DNA of 36,526 nt from Octopus bimaculoides (GCF_001194135.2 NC_068981.1:44366455-44402980), one strand, 5' to 3'; counted from the stretch's first letter, positions 1-12,241 are shown. The notes: generated by a model from the sequence alone, not told the origin. Numbers and translations: made by a program.

Positions 1-110
1 TATATATATATATATATATATATGAATATGCACATACACACATACATATACGTACATACTTATACTTACAATACATACATACACATATATAGAGAGTGAC
101 CTATCGTCAC
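1..110. repeat. Compound (TA)n/(CA)n/(TACA)n microsatellite
   Basis: Seen directly in the sequence. Confidence 0.9.
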
Positions 111-417
111 ATGAAAATAAATATATACAGCATAACGTATATACGCAAACATTAAAAATAAACTGTCTGGTATATATAGTATCAATATGGGAAAATTAGG
201 AAATTGCACAGTAAATTTATATAACATAATTAAGTGCGTGAGTAAACAATAAAAATAAAGCTCAGCGAAATTTAAGCTTGAATTTTTTAAATAGTTGAAG
301 GCTTTCTTAAACGTGAAGTCGAAATATGCACCAGCATTGTAATACAATAATGTGTAAGATCAAATTCAAAGGCAACTGTCGAAATTTTCCGAAAGTCTAA
401 TCTTTTTACCCATACGG

Positions 418-845
418 TTTTTCATCGCGACGTACCTGCAGGAATTTAAGAGCTTGCGTCTCTGGTTCAAAGCATGTTTATCCTAGAATACGAGGAATGA
501 CTTTTCTGAGAGGCAGAGATTACATTTCATGGGTCTTTTATAAACTCCATGTCTGTATGATGTTTTTTCCAAGAATTTCCCAGGTTACAGCGAAAGGACG
601 GGTATCATTCTCTTCTAATTTGCGGACATGCTTTGCAAGGGTAGATAGTGTCCAATTCTCGGGGTATCGAAAATATTTTCGCTGGGAATAATGGCTTGTT
701 TTGAATGAATTTACCGAATCCTCTGTGCAAGTTTAATATTCTTGTGAGCCATCTAGTTGCACTTTAGCTCTATAAATGATTCCTTTTCTAAGACATTTAC
801 CTTCTAACGGACAGTAAGACTTACCTTTGAAGTTGCAGTTCCTCA
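418..845 (-). mobile_element. Penelope-like retroelement relic, GIY-YIG endonuclease C-terminal region (stops and a frameshift)
   Basis: Manual minus-strand translation from 840: NCNFKGKSYCPLEGKCLRKGIIYRAKVQLDGSQEY*TCTEDSVNSFKTSHYSQRKYFRYPENWTLSTLAKHVRKLEENDTRPFAVTWEILGK, then after a frameshift KCNLCLSEKSFLVF*DKHALNQRRKLLNSCR. This follows the Penelope EN layout CNC..CPL.GKCL...IY.A.V / FK.R..H / W.IL / KCNLCL.EK / LN.R.EL...CR. Confidence 0.8.
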
Positions 846-913
846 GATTAGATTAGACATTGTAGTTGTTTGTAATAATTTTCATGTTATGCTGATTAAT
901 ATATGTTATGCTG

Positions 914-1089
914 ATATATATATATATATATATATATACATATGTATGCATGCATGTATATATATATATANNNNNNNNNNNNNNNNNNNNNNNNNNNNNN
1001 NNNNNNNNNNNNNNNNNNNNNNNNNNNNNNNNNNNNNNNNNNNNNNNNNNNNNNNNNNNNNNNNNNNNNNNNNNNNNNNNATATATTTA
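914..1089. repeat. (TA)n microsatellite spanning assembly gap 971-1080
   Basis: TA runs flank 110 N. Confidence 0.9.
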
Positions 1090-1516
1090 TACTTCTACCT
1101 TTATAGTGTTTTATTTGACTGGAAAGTAATACATTTGTATTGCAATATTTAAATATTTTATTTTTCATTGAAACATTTTTTACTGTTCTCGGTTCTGTTA
1201 ACGGCTATGCTCTTAGGTGAGTATACTGGTATTGATGTAGCAACATTTGAAATATTGTCCTGGTAAATCTAGCTGAAGAAGTCTAATCAAATTTTCGGTA
1301 AGAATCGTATTTGAAGAATCCGAAACCTAGGTACTAGATTATCTGACTCAGGGTTGTCCATTTTTCTAATGATCTTAGAAGTAAGACGGAATTGTTAATG
1401 TTCGCTGCCTTCACACGTCTTTACACACAGTGAAGTTTTACTATAACATTGTAAATTTATCGACTGATGTTTCCAGTAAACATTAGTGCCTTGTTGTACA
1501 ACTGTTCTATATTTAT

Positions 1517-1595
1517 ATATAGTATATATATGTGTAGACATATAATGTATATGTGTGTGTGTGTGCATGCGTGTTTTTGTGTGAGTGTGCATGTT

Positions 1596-1650
<55 letters not shown>

Positions 1651-1682
1651 GTGTGTGCGTGTGTGTGTGTGTGTGTGTGTGA
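1517..1682. repeat. (TA)n/(TG)n microsatellite
   Basis: Seen directly; explains the CV/TH ORFs at 1395-1745. Confidence 0.95.
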
Positions 1683-4262
1683 GTGAATGCCTATTGCAAC
1701 AATCTGATAAAAGCTAGTACACCGATATTCCGAAGTCGCTGTCAAAGTTTCTCTTTAAATATTTAATAAAAAATGTACTCTGATAAAAGTATTGTGCTAT
1801 CCTTCAGTTTAGCGCTAAATAATCTCTCTGTTTATATTTTGATATAAAATTAAACATTAATATACTTCTTTATACGCATATAAATGTAGACAAAATGTCA
1901 TACAGAAATTCTGAAGAGAAAAAGCGATACGTGGGCTAAGAGTACAAGAAAATGTCTTAACACACATGTAAATGACAGAACAATTAAATTTTCATATCGG
2001 TATGAAAAGGTAGAAAATATTTTATTGCTCACGTTAGTAAGTGGCTGCACAATATCTCCTGTCATTCGGACTAGGATTAATACATCATCCTTCGAAGCAG
2101 GTTTTATAAAACTAACATACCAACAAGTTTGAAAAAAATTCGACTTTTGATCTGGCGTTCAAAATTTGTTTCTGTTTATAGTGTATTCGGCCAGATTAAT
2201 CTGTCGCAATCTGAGAAGAATCAGTGCTTTTCAGTCAGATAAGGTTTATATTTTTGTACAAATTCTTTAAAACCTTGCCATCTAACGAACAGCTGCGGAT
2301 ACTTTCTAGCTTTGCATCAAAATGTGTACCATATGGGCGTTAGAATTATATCTAATCATAAACTTTTGCTCATTGACATATTTCGATTTAGTAACTGCTG
2401 ATCTGTAACAGCTTTGGCTTTATAAGACATGGAAAATATGGTGTTTATTTAATAATATTTAAATGCATGTTCCCTTTAAGGGGTTTAGATTTGTGAACGA
2501 AAGTAATCATATCCTTGAGTTCACTCTTCAAGAGGGTTCTTCTAATAAGCAGATTCGGTATTAATGTCCTTTTCAGAAACGGAATTATTTTACTATTACT
2601 ATTGTGATTCTTTTCTAAATTTATACATATCATACTTAATGGCATGCAGCCGATTTTGTGTAAGACTTTGTTAGGATTCCTAAATTCTGTGCATGTACCC
2701 GCATATAGAATTCATGGCCATGTTTGTAATGCATCGGAGTTTTGGGGATTCGCATTGTTCCTCAGATTCAAGGAAGCATATATACCATTTCAGATATTAA
2801 AATATACAGTATTTTCTAAAACAGACTTCTTGTAAACTATACATTTTGTATCTTTTTGATCTATACGTTTTGTTGCTTAGATAAAATTATACATATCTAT
2901 GGATAAAATATTTCTCATGGCTAGAACTGTACTATATAACCTAAATTCACGCACGCGCACACATACACCCACACACGCACATGAGAGCGCGTGCGTGTAT
3001 GTGCTTCTATATAACTTCTAGACTTGAAGGAAGGGCAACTGACATGGCATTCACTGTCCTAGAAGTAACGTCAGGCGTACTCCTTTCAGGAGAGTAATCG
3101 TAATGTGTTACCCACTTTATCACCATCACCTAGTTGTCTTTAATGCTGCCAACAATGTAGCAACTATTAGGGTTAGATTTCTAGTTCTGTAACAACTTCT
3201 TACCACTAATAAAAGGGGAACCGTAGATAATCATAGGCACTGTCTTTCCTCCACATTAGAAAAGGAGGTAATTTGATCTACGGCTAGAAAAACCGGTCAT
3301 AGGATGCAACTATTTCGTGTATGCGTGAATGAATTTATGTAAAAACTGGTGGCACTTTTCTCGGCGCGGGCAATTGTCTTTATCTGCACAGTAGCACTAT
3401 CTCGTATCTGACAGAGTTACTCCTGTATGAAATAAATTTATCTTTTGGAGTGCCAATAACTGTTGAAATTGAGAGAAATTATAACTGAAGTGTGGAAGCA
3501 AATTTTAGAAGGCTGTCGTAGCTGCTAAGGATATACTTTCACGAAGAAAAAAGTTTATGTTTGTGTGGCCAATCATTTGGAGTGAATGTGAAATTCTAGC
3601 AATCCGCTGCTTATGATAATGTGTAGTATGGTAGGATGTAATTTGATTGAGAACTGCAGCATAGTATTTTCTTGCCCTTGAAAACGAACAAGATAGATAT
3701 ATTTACATTTGGTATTGTTCTTGGGTGCTCTGTTCATCAAAGTAGTGCTGGCCTGGCGTATAGTATATAACTAACAGATGGATAGTGGATGGTTTGGTAA
3801 AAGGGAAAAGTAATGATATCATCTAATGTATGGATGTTCTTGCACATGCTATCAAGTAAGTTATTGACGGATAGAAAGAAAGTTTAAGCATCTTAACTCC
3901 GTGATACGTCGACGTTGATTGGATGATAAAAAGAAAGAACACACCATAACATCAAGATCTGATAAGAAGTTACTAATTTCAGAGGTGAAACATTGATTTG
4001 GCTCATACATGATTTAAATGAATAGTCATATAAAAGCAGATACTGTCAAAAGTTTTACTGGCGTCAACACAGAAAAGATTGCTTTCACCAATGTTATAGA
4101 AATTGAGAGGTCATGAATGGGTAACATATGACAACGGCACTTATGGTCATTAAAGAGCGAAGGGTGAGTACGAGGAGAGAGTTCACGTGATGGACGACAC
4201 CTATTATACCTTAGAGAAACTGAAATGAAAATATGTATGTTTCTCATTGTACCTTTCCTCTC

Positions 4263-4265
<3 letters not shown>

Positions 4266-4336
<71 letters not shown>

Positions 4337-4366
4337 TGTGTCTGTGTATATGTATGTGTGTGTATG
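4266..4366. repeat. (TA)n(TG)n microsatellite
   Basis: Seen directly. Confidence 0.95.
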
Positions 4367-4754
4367 TCTATAATATATCAAAAGTCAGTTTCAACCTTGC
4401 TTGCTTGCAATGTTTCCCAGGTAAACTGGCGCATAATGGGAAAATATTATGAATTAAATTTACCATGAAATGTTAATAGGAACGGAATGAAACAAGTTTC
4501 GCGTAACTTGGAGCAGTAGTTATTGATATATTAGGGGTTTGGGGTATAAATACCCAAAAACGGTGCGTAATGTGAAAATCTTCTGAATTTAACTTCATCC
4601 TGAAATGGAAGAAACTCTAACCTTTCGTTTAGACTGATTTGACACCGAAGAAATACTATTAGTCTTTTACAGAAATATACATACAAACAACCTTCGACAG
4701 AATAACAGTTATATATACAACTTGAAGAGACACGCATATCAGTACAAAATCATG

Positions 4755-5001
4755 CGTTTACACATACATACACATATATACTTACGCAGACACGTGTACA
4801 AACTTACATACGTAAATGCTCACACACATACAAAGATACATGGATACCTAATACATACATACATGCGTATATGCACATATACATACATATGCATGTACAC
4901 ATCTGCATACGTACATGCATGCATACACACATACATATACATATACATACACAAATACATATGTACATACATACGTACATACATACATACATACATACAT
5001 A
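4755..5001. repeat. Degenerate (CATA)n/(CA)n simple repeat
   Basis: Seen directly; explains the low-complexity ORFs at 4722-5107. Confidence 0.9.
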
Positions 5002-5413
5002 CTCCGTTGTTGATGTTGAAATTCCAGTCAAGGAGCCTTGGATCTAGGCTAGAAATCGGTACTTTCTCTATTGGCAAGAAATCTTGAATAAAACTGAATA
5101 ATGACATACATATATAAACACATATATATCATGAACTTCGTAACCTCGGTGTGAAATAGGATTTTTCCTTAGGTTTTTTCGAGTGCATTCAACGTTATCT
5201 CACCTCCAAAGATTTGCGTGCTATTTCTAGCACACCCTGCCTCTACGTAACTGGCGCCAAACCTATGCTTTTCTGGGGGAAAGGAACCGTTTACGCGTGA
5301 TCTCGATGTCACATTCATTGAAAACATTCCAAATAACCTGGGAAAGAAATATAAATATATATATACATAATGCACATAATTAGAAAATGGAGTAAACTAC
5401 TGATTAACGAACG

Positions 5414-5793
5414 CATCGATTGAACCACATTTATAGCTAAATTTTTAATACAAAGCATGTCAGAACAAAATAGGTGAAGTAACATATCTTACGGCTGTTA
5501 CTGATCGATTACCAAAATTCAGTCAATAAATAAATGCGACAATAAAGTTCTTCATCTTCATAGGACATTCGAATTAAGGCAACGAGTCTTCATCAGGTTT
5601 TTTTTTACTCTGATGAAGACTCGTTGCCTTAATTCGAATGCCCTATGAAGATGAAGAACTTTATTCTCGCATTTATTTATTGACTGAATTTTGATAACCG
5701 ATCAGTAACAGCCATAAGATATATTACGTCACCTATTTTTCTTATGTCATGCTTTGTATTAAGAATTAAGCTATAAATGTGGTCCAATCGATG
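5414..5793. repeat. Long inverted repeat (fold-back): arms 5414-5596 and 5610-5793, 13-nt T-rich loop
   Basis: Left arm catcgattgaaccacatttatagct...gcaacgagtcttcatcag is the reverse complement of ctgatgaagactcgttgc...agctataaatgtggtccaatcgatg. Roughly 90% identity by eye, near-perfect next to the loop. Confidence 0.95.
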
Positions 5794-6375
5794 TTTTGGT
5801 TAATCTGTGGTTTTCTCCTCTTCTAATAATTCATATCTATTTCCTGATAAACTCTTGTTTATCCATTTGTTATCTACACTCTACTCTGTAGTTTCTATTG
5901 ACTTGCTACGAACATACGTTCTGATTTGTCAAAGACGTAACCACTTATACTTGATACGCTTGAAGTAGCTGCTAATCTTTACATCTTGTACTACTTACCT
6001 AAACACGTTGTATGATATATTGAATAACTATTCAGGCAAATGTTTTTGCCTGAATAATATATAGACAAGCTGCAACAGAAGAAACATCCCCGAATTCAGG
6101 ATTAATTGTTGTTGCTAATACAATTTGTGAATACAATTTCATACAATACTATAACATATACTGTATTATGCTTTAAAGGCCAATGTATTTTTATGATTTT
6201 TTAAAATAAAAATTAAAGGAAATACAGGTAACAGGTCGAATCGATGTGTCCCCAAGTATTGCAAATGCAATTAATGCTTAATGAATTAAATGTTTCTAAA
6301 TTCTTGTATGCAATTACAAATGAATATATTAATATTGTTAACCCAAACCTAATCCTGTTGATAGGGAAACTTAAA

Positions 6376-6640
6376 TAAGATTATTTCGGAAAGTCTGGAC
6401 ATATGTAGTGAGGAGATGAATATGCATGATCCATGGAAATGAATAACATTTTTGCATTTAAAATATTAGCAACAGTACAATTTAGGAGTCAATTCAAGTT
6501 ACCAGCAAGTTTTTTGCGTGAAATAGATTCCATTAGGAACTGAACTATTACACATAAAATATCATATTGACATACGTATTATGAATTTGGAGAGCGACAA
6601 GGAGTGGGAGGGTGAGAGCATCTGCACGAAACTTACTACC
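6376..6640 (+). mobile_element. Highly degenerate R4/Dong-like non-LTR element, post-RT (thumb) region
   Basis: Frame-hopping translation RLFRKVWT...MNNIFAFKIL...EIDSIR...RQGVGG*EHL resembles the R4-type R.RKIW.SEL..NK..A.N.FA.P.L...ID...RK...R..GGRGL. Same strand as, and upstream of, the endonuclease relic at 8256-8644. Confidence 0.4.
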
Positions 6641-8255
6641 TTTGGCACTCACCATGAGGAACAAGCCTTTAGTGGTGATGACTGTTTTAGTTCAATGGTA
6701 CACATAGCTGAAAGTAACGCTGTTTCAATTACAATATACAATATTTGAAGAACACTTTTAACAAACAATTCTGCTATTCATTTTGCAAATAAACTGTTTA
6801 AGGACTAATTCTACTTGTCACTTATGAAACACATTGAGTATTCCCTGGGCGATTATTTTAATAATGTTCAATCAATGTAAAGATTGAGAATACAAGTATT
6901 GTTCGATTTCTAGATTACAAGCGCGCTATTTTTATCATTCATATGATACAAAAAATGAAAATACTGTGAACGTCCGAGAATAGAAAATTGCTCCCAGATG
7001 AAGTTCAATTGTGTGCCATGATTGCATTTCATTATTTTCACTTACATTTCAAATAAATCCTATTTCTGTTTCTTGGTTGAAAACATGAATTCTACATTAT
7101 CTTTTCAGTCGTTACAATAATACATTGAAAAGAAGTATTTTTGATAATGATATAAATACAATACACAAATTTGGAAATACGTGACCTGATACAAGAAAAT
7201 GTAAGAATAATTCTGAATTGGATAAGTGTGTTTATTCTGATTTAGGGATTGCATTAACTACCACATCCATTGAAATTTGATTGCCTTATTTTTACACTGA
7301 AAAATGACAAAATTCTTAAGTGAAAAGTTTGAAACAAAGTGCATGTTGAAATCTAGAGTTTATGACTATCTACGTAGCATAAAACTAATATGAAATTTTA
7401 ACTGATGTACTAACACGTATTACACGTAACAATAACACATAATTTGTAATCATATTCTTTAAAAACTGCCTGTTTAAGTCCCTTTTGGGAATTATTTTCC
7501 AGAAAATTTAACAGTAAATGCATCTTAGAAATTGGGAGATACATAGTTATCTGAATATAAGATACTATCATTGTATCATTACGAGAACTTCTGTCTTGTG
7601 TGTTTTTTTTTAAAAAGTGGTATATAACTACCAAAAGACAATGAAATAAAATGTCGATAGTACATAGAAAGCCTTAAATGAATATTAGTGAAATATATTT
7701 TAAAGTATAATATGAATAGAAAGAGTCGAACAAATTAACCAAATTCTTTTTAAAGAAATGAGTGTATAGTGTACGTAAAAATGTTGAAGTAAGTGAAGAA
7801 ATACGTGTTTGGGGAAAGTTGAACACTATCAATACATTTGATATAAAATAATTTGATACGCATGTATATTTCTACTAATTGATATTAAACTGATTATAAA
7901 CATTAAACTTTGAATCTTATTCTATTTATCAATTACTATAAAATATCCATGATGTTTGACTGGTGTACACAGTGATAATATGTATATGAGTATGCGTCAC
8001 TACATTTTATTGGCATATATTTCAACTGTTGTAAATATTGTTAACATAGGAAAATGCATTTTTCTGCCATAATGATACTGATTTTAAGTCAAATCTAAAT
8101 AGAACAATATGGAAATGATATGGCACTGGATAATCACTATAGATTTGAAGCAGAATTGTTTAGGTGAACTAAAAAACATAGATAACCCAGGTGTAAACAA
8201 TATTCACATAAACATCGACATATTTTGGAGTATATACACATACATACGCTTGTAA

Positions 8256-8644
8256 GTATGTATTCACACCTTCAAAAACAAGGAATTCTAGAGCACTCCA
8301 ATAAACGCAACACTTCAGTGCAAACACAGCAAACCTGATATTGTTCTGTGGGACTGGGAACAAAATAATGCACTGTTATGGAGGTCAACTACCCGGCGAA
8401 TATAAATGCATCATCAAACGCTTAGGAATGGAAATCATGTGTTGTGAATTAATGCGGGAATCACAGCTCTTGCACGCTTATCATAAATTTCCATTTCTAC
8501 CTATCTGTCATAGTAGTTGCTTTACTTTATGTACCTACAGATTTACATAACAATCTCGGGGTTTATTTCAAGAAAAAGCAAAAGAAACTGATGTGCATTC
8601 TCCAAAGCCAATCTTTTGAAGTCAAAATTTATAAAATACTCTAA
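8256..8644 (+). mobile_element. R4/Dong-like non-LTR retrotransposon relic, restriction-like endonuclease (PD..D/E) domain at the ORF C-terminus
   Basis: Translation across frameshifts: VCIHTFKNKEF*STPINATLQCKHSKPDIVLWDWEQNNALL / MEVNYPANIN / ELMRESQLLHAYHKFPFLPI / VVALLYVPTDLHNNLGVYFKKKQKKLMCILQSQSFEVKIYKIL*. Matches the recalled R4-clade pattern KCKHN.PD+V+WD...C.++E+..P.+.N...QLLY..YKF..+PI+.GALG.+...L..NL...LQ..S. Confidence 0.7.
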
Positions 8645-9099
8645 CGATCCCTCATCTGAGTATCTTTAGATGAACATATGTACACATTTGGGTATGTGCC
8701 TGCACAGGTCAGGAAACACATCAACTCAAACACATATTTATAAACACCAGAAAGTCCCTTAAATTAAAGAAGTGTGGCCATTTTTTAGTGACCAGTTTGA
8801 ATTATTTTAAGTACTTAAAACTCAAAAGAAACACAAGTGCGTGCGCACGCACTCATGCGATTGTCTTTTAAATATATATGCTTATAACTCATTACGAGAT
8901 GCTTGCACAAATGATATGATTCAAGCTTTTGATTTGCATACTATGCTGCAAATATAGCGACACTGTAATAGCTTTTTTTTTACTGTATTGCCATGTGCCT
9001 CTTCAGGCCCCCAGTAGATCTACGAACGCTGTTACAAATGAGAAATGTATTTTCTTTTAGTCTTGGAGGTAGTATGTTCTTGCATGAGTTCTGATACTG

Positions 9100-11150
9100 T
9101 CATCCGCCATGTTCATGATTAACTAATCCAGCTCTTGATAAGAATAAATGATTAGAAGCAGCATGCATAAATCCTCCCTCAAAAACACTAGGTATTTGCT
9201 ACTGCTTTTAAATAACCAGTTTTAATTTTGCATGTTGAAATATTTCACAAGCTCTCTTGATTGTACTGATCTCATATGATCAATCCAACGCTAAGGCTTC
9301 CAAATCATGATTTTGCCATGTTAAAACGTAGAGGTTTGTCTTTATCACATTGCAATATCACTTTCGAAATTTATGCTGTTGTAACTTTAGTATTAGAACG
9401 CCATGGTGTAATTACTGAGGAATCCTTGTGCTACCAATTCTAATTAAATGGCCTATCCAACGCATTTCATTCAAAATAACGATTTCCTTTTTCAATGTTG
9501 GGCATGTTATTTGCAAGAGCAAATGTGTCAGCGTATATTTTATACTAGTTTATCCTTAGGGTATGCCTTAAGCAGTTTAGGTGGAATCTTTTAAATGATA
9601 CAGAATGTTGGTGATAGGTGGTCCGTGTTTCAGAAGTATACAAAACGCGGCATAAAGTACTACTCCTAAACATAACACGTTTCGGGCTAAGAGTGATTCC
9701 TCTATTTTTCTAAACACGTTTTTTAAATCTGCCAAAGGCAGCGGTTGCTTTTGCAAAACTTGGATTAATTTCAGCAACTAAAGATCTCCCAGATGATACA
9801 GAACTATTGACGAATTCCAGCCATGTTCCATTTACCCTGATATTAGTCTCGTCATTAAGCGTCTCTAGGCGCTAGTTTGAGAACACCCCTTTGGTTTTAT
9901 TGAGCGAAAATGGAGTCCAAACGCATTGCAAGCTCTAGTAAAATTCTCCATTGCATATCTTGCTCTTAAGGGGCCACAACATCGACATCGTCAGTATATA
10001 GTAATCCACGCAAAATCTCTTCAAAATTCTTTAGATTTAAATCTGCATATAATCGGATTAAATAGGTTACTAGAGTCTCGGAAACGCGAACAGACGTCAA
10101 TGGTAAATCCTTGAAAATATATAGCAATAACATTAACGAAATTGAAGGAGGCATGTGTGGGAACAAATATGTTTTCTTCCTTCACACCGTTATCCATTGA
10201 GTCTGATAGGATACTACTAGCATTTACACGAGCCACGTGTATTCATGTTTAAAAGCAGTTTGTGAATTATGTCGGCAATCTCCGGCGCGCATCCTATCTT
10301 TTCTAAGCGTTTGTGGGCTTAACGAATACTTGAATAAATGGTAGTGAGTGCTCAGTATACTTTTCTTGTATTTGCCGTGTTGAAAAGCTCGTGCATCTTG
10401 TGTGTCGGACTTGTCTGGTGAATTTTGTGTAATCCATTTTGAAATGCGATCCAGTGGAACCCTGCTCTGCTAAAAAAAGAATCTTCAGCTGCTTCCAGCA
10501 GCTTTGTTCTACAGTAAACGATATACATATTTTTGTTGTCTTTACTTTTGTACATAGATTATGACTGCACAAACCCGGTCCCGCATGATGTCACAGCCCC
10601 AAAATTCATGTAAAATATGACTATAAATTTCAGCTCGACAACATCACCACCATATCATAATAGTTCTACACAGGGATATTATCAAAGCCTGGAGCTCTAC
10701 CAGTGCTTACTTCATATTTGGCTCATTTTATTTCATATAAAGTTGGATATCACCATCTTTTCATTTACAGGGTCTGTCAATGAGAACCCATTTAGAATTT
10801 CATCTATAATCGATGGATATGAAACCTTTCAGTGAAGTGTTCTGTCCATCTATTTATTTCACCAGAACCTCTATACAATTCATTTCCACTCCTAGATTTT
10901 ACAGGCATAATACTTGTGGTTTGAGGGTTAAAAAGTTTCTTCATTAAGCTGCGTAACCGCTTTGTATTTCGATCATGTGCATTTTGCGTTTCTGTTATGA
11001 TAGTTGATAACGCCTTTCTGTTCTCGAAGATCGCATTGAGTAGGAGCTTTGTTGTATAGGTTTTCTTTAAAATTATACCAAGTGCCATCAAGAATAGGCC
11101 CCAGAATATCTTGGGGATTATAACGCTGTCATTATCCACCCAACATCAAA
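9100..11150 (-). mobile_element. RTE-clade LINE, 5'-truncated and degenerate (EN-RT linker, RT, C-terminus)
   Basis: Minus-strand fragments in collinear order: PVKSRSGNELY..EINRWTEHFTE (linker); QIQEKYTEHSLPFIQVFVKPTNA (QLQEKC.EQ..PLY.AF+DL.KAF); DNGVKEENIFVPT (NGVKQGC.LAPT); SRFRDSSNLFN; GLLYTDD at 9987-9998 (F/YADD); EIN..FAKATAAFGR; FHLNCLRHTLRI; GHLIRI; SRAGLVNH (SR.GL.SH). Confidence 0.9.
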
Positions 11151-11200
11151 TCATTCTTATCTTCCCTCTGTGTAAAATTTCATATTTACATGTAATAAGA

Positions 11201-11302
11201 CATGGCCAGAAATATCCTGGGGTTAACTTGCTCGAATAAAGGGTGTGCTCCAGCGTGGCCGCAGTTAAATGAGTGAAACAAGTAAAAGAGTAAAAGAGAA
11301 TA
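11201..11302 (+). mobile_element. SINE 3'-end fragment (octopus-type tail)
   Basis: gctccagcgtggccgcagttaaatgagtgaaacaagtaaaagagtaaaagag matches a recalled cephalopod SINE tail ending in short tandem (gtaaaaga) units. Confidence 0.6.
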
Positions 11303-11411
11303 TAAATTTATATATATGCATACTAGACTCCTCACTCGTTTCACTATCGAACCAAGAGTTTATATACATATAAATATACATACATATATGTATATATATA
11401 TATATATATAT

Positions 11412-11755
11412 NNNNNNNNNNNNNNNNNNNNNNNNNNNNNNNNNNNNNNNNNNNNNNNNNNNNNNNNNNNNNNNNNNNNNNNNNNNNNNNNNNNNNNNNN
11501 NNNNNNNNNNNNNNNNNNNNNNNNNNNNNNNNNNNNNNNNNNNNNNNNNNNNNNNNNNNNNNNNNNNNNNNNNNNNNNNNNNNNNNNNNNNNNNNNNNNN
11601 NNNNNNNNNNNNNNNNNNNNNNNNNNNNNNNNNNNNNNNNNNNNNNNNNNNNNNNNNNNNNNNNNNNNNNNNNNNNNNNNNNNNNNNNNNNNNNNNNNNN
11701 NNNNNNNNNNNNNNNNNNNNNNNNNNNNNNNNNNNNNNNNNNNNNNNNNNNNNNN
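11412..11755. other. Assembly gap preceded by (TA)n
   Basis: 344 N. Confidence 0.99.
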
Positions 11756-11805
11756 TTGGAAGAGAAGTTTAAGAACTTAAAGTAAACCAAAAAATGCAGT
11801 TATCT

Positions 11806-12241
11806 ATTAGATTATAGGAGAGAATGGAATAAGTATATTTGGCATAGTCACACCAAGAAATATATTAAGATAGAAAATTGTAGTTCCACGTGAATGATGG
11901 AAATAGGATTATACAATAGAGGAGATGTATAAAATGTATAAAAATTCTTACGATCGTTTCAAGATTATGTAACTTCTCTGAATGTAATGAAATGATAACA
12001 TATTGAAGCTGTAAAACCATTCTTCAGACATATAAAAAGAAGCAAATAGTTCTTAAAAGTTTATCCTTGTTTATAAGAATTTGTTAATCCGCAGTAGTAT
12101 AGATAGGAGTCATCGAGTTTCCGTCCAAATTTCTATAAGTTAATCCGACAAGGTTTTGAGAGATTTTCATAGTAGTGATCTGGTATAAGTTTTTCATAAT
12201 AATTGTAAATGTTAACAGTAGAGACACAAAGTATTAGAACA
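11806..12241 (-). repeat. ~435-bp repeat, copy 1, with degenerate hammerhead-like core (12027 to 11949); probably Penelope-terminal-repeat or retrozyme-like
   Basis: Reverse complement aligns end to end (about 80% by eye) with 16513-16942. Minus strand reads CTGAAGA...GAAACGATCGTA. Confidence 0.85.

Noticed and set aside
889-1745. ORFs rich in YI/CV/TH dipeptides or X (also at 4225-5107, 11316-11790, 16947-17246, 28754-29380, 29793-31335, 32370-32760)
   Set aside because: Translations of microsatellites and N-gaps, not proteins.
1990-2870. Possible continuation of the Penelope element (RT region) on the minus strand
   Set aside because: Only scattered weak matches (NLYK, INPS); no ordered motif set.
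2948-2997. 11-bp inverted repeat cacgcacgcgc...gcgcgtgcgtg
   Set aside because: Arises trivially from alternating purine-pyrimidine simple repeats.
3020-4220. Slightly GC-richer block with a GVP tripeptide suggesting an RT
   Set aside because: No YADD-like motif at the expected spacing; cannot be assigned.
8530-8670. Minus-strand open stretch YSDEGSLEYFINFDFKRLALENAHQF with splice-like ends
   Set aside because: It is the antisense of the R4-like endonuclease relic, which explains the region better.
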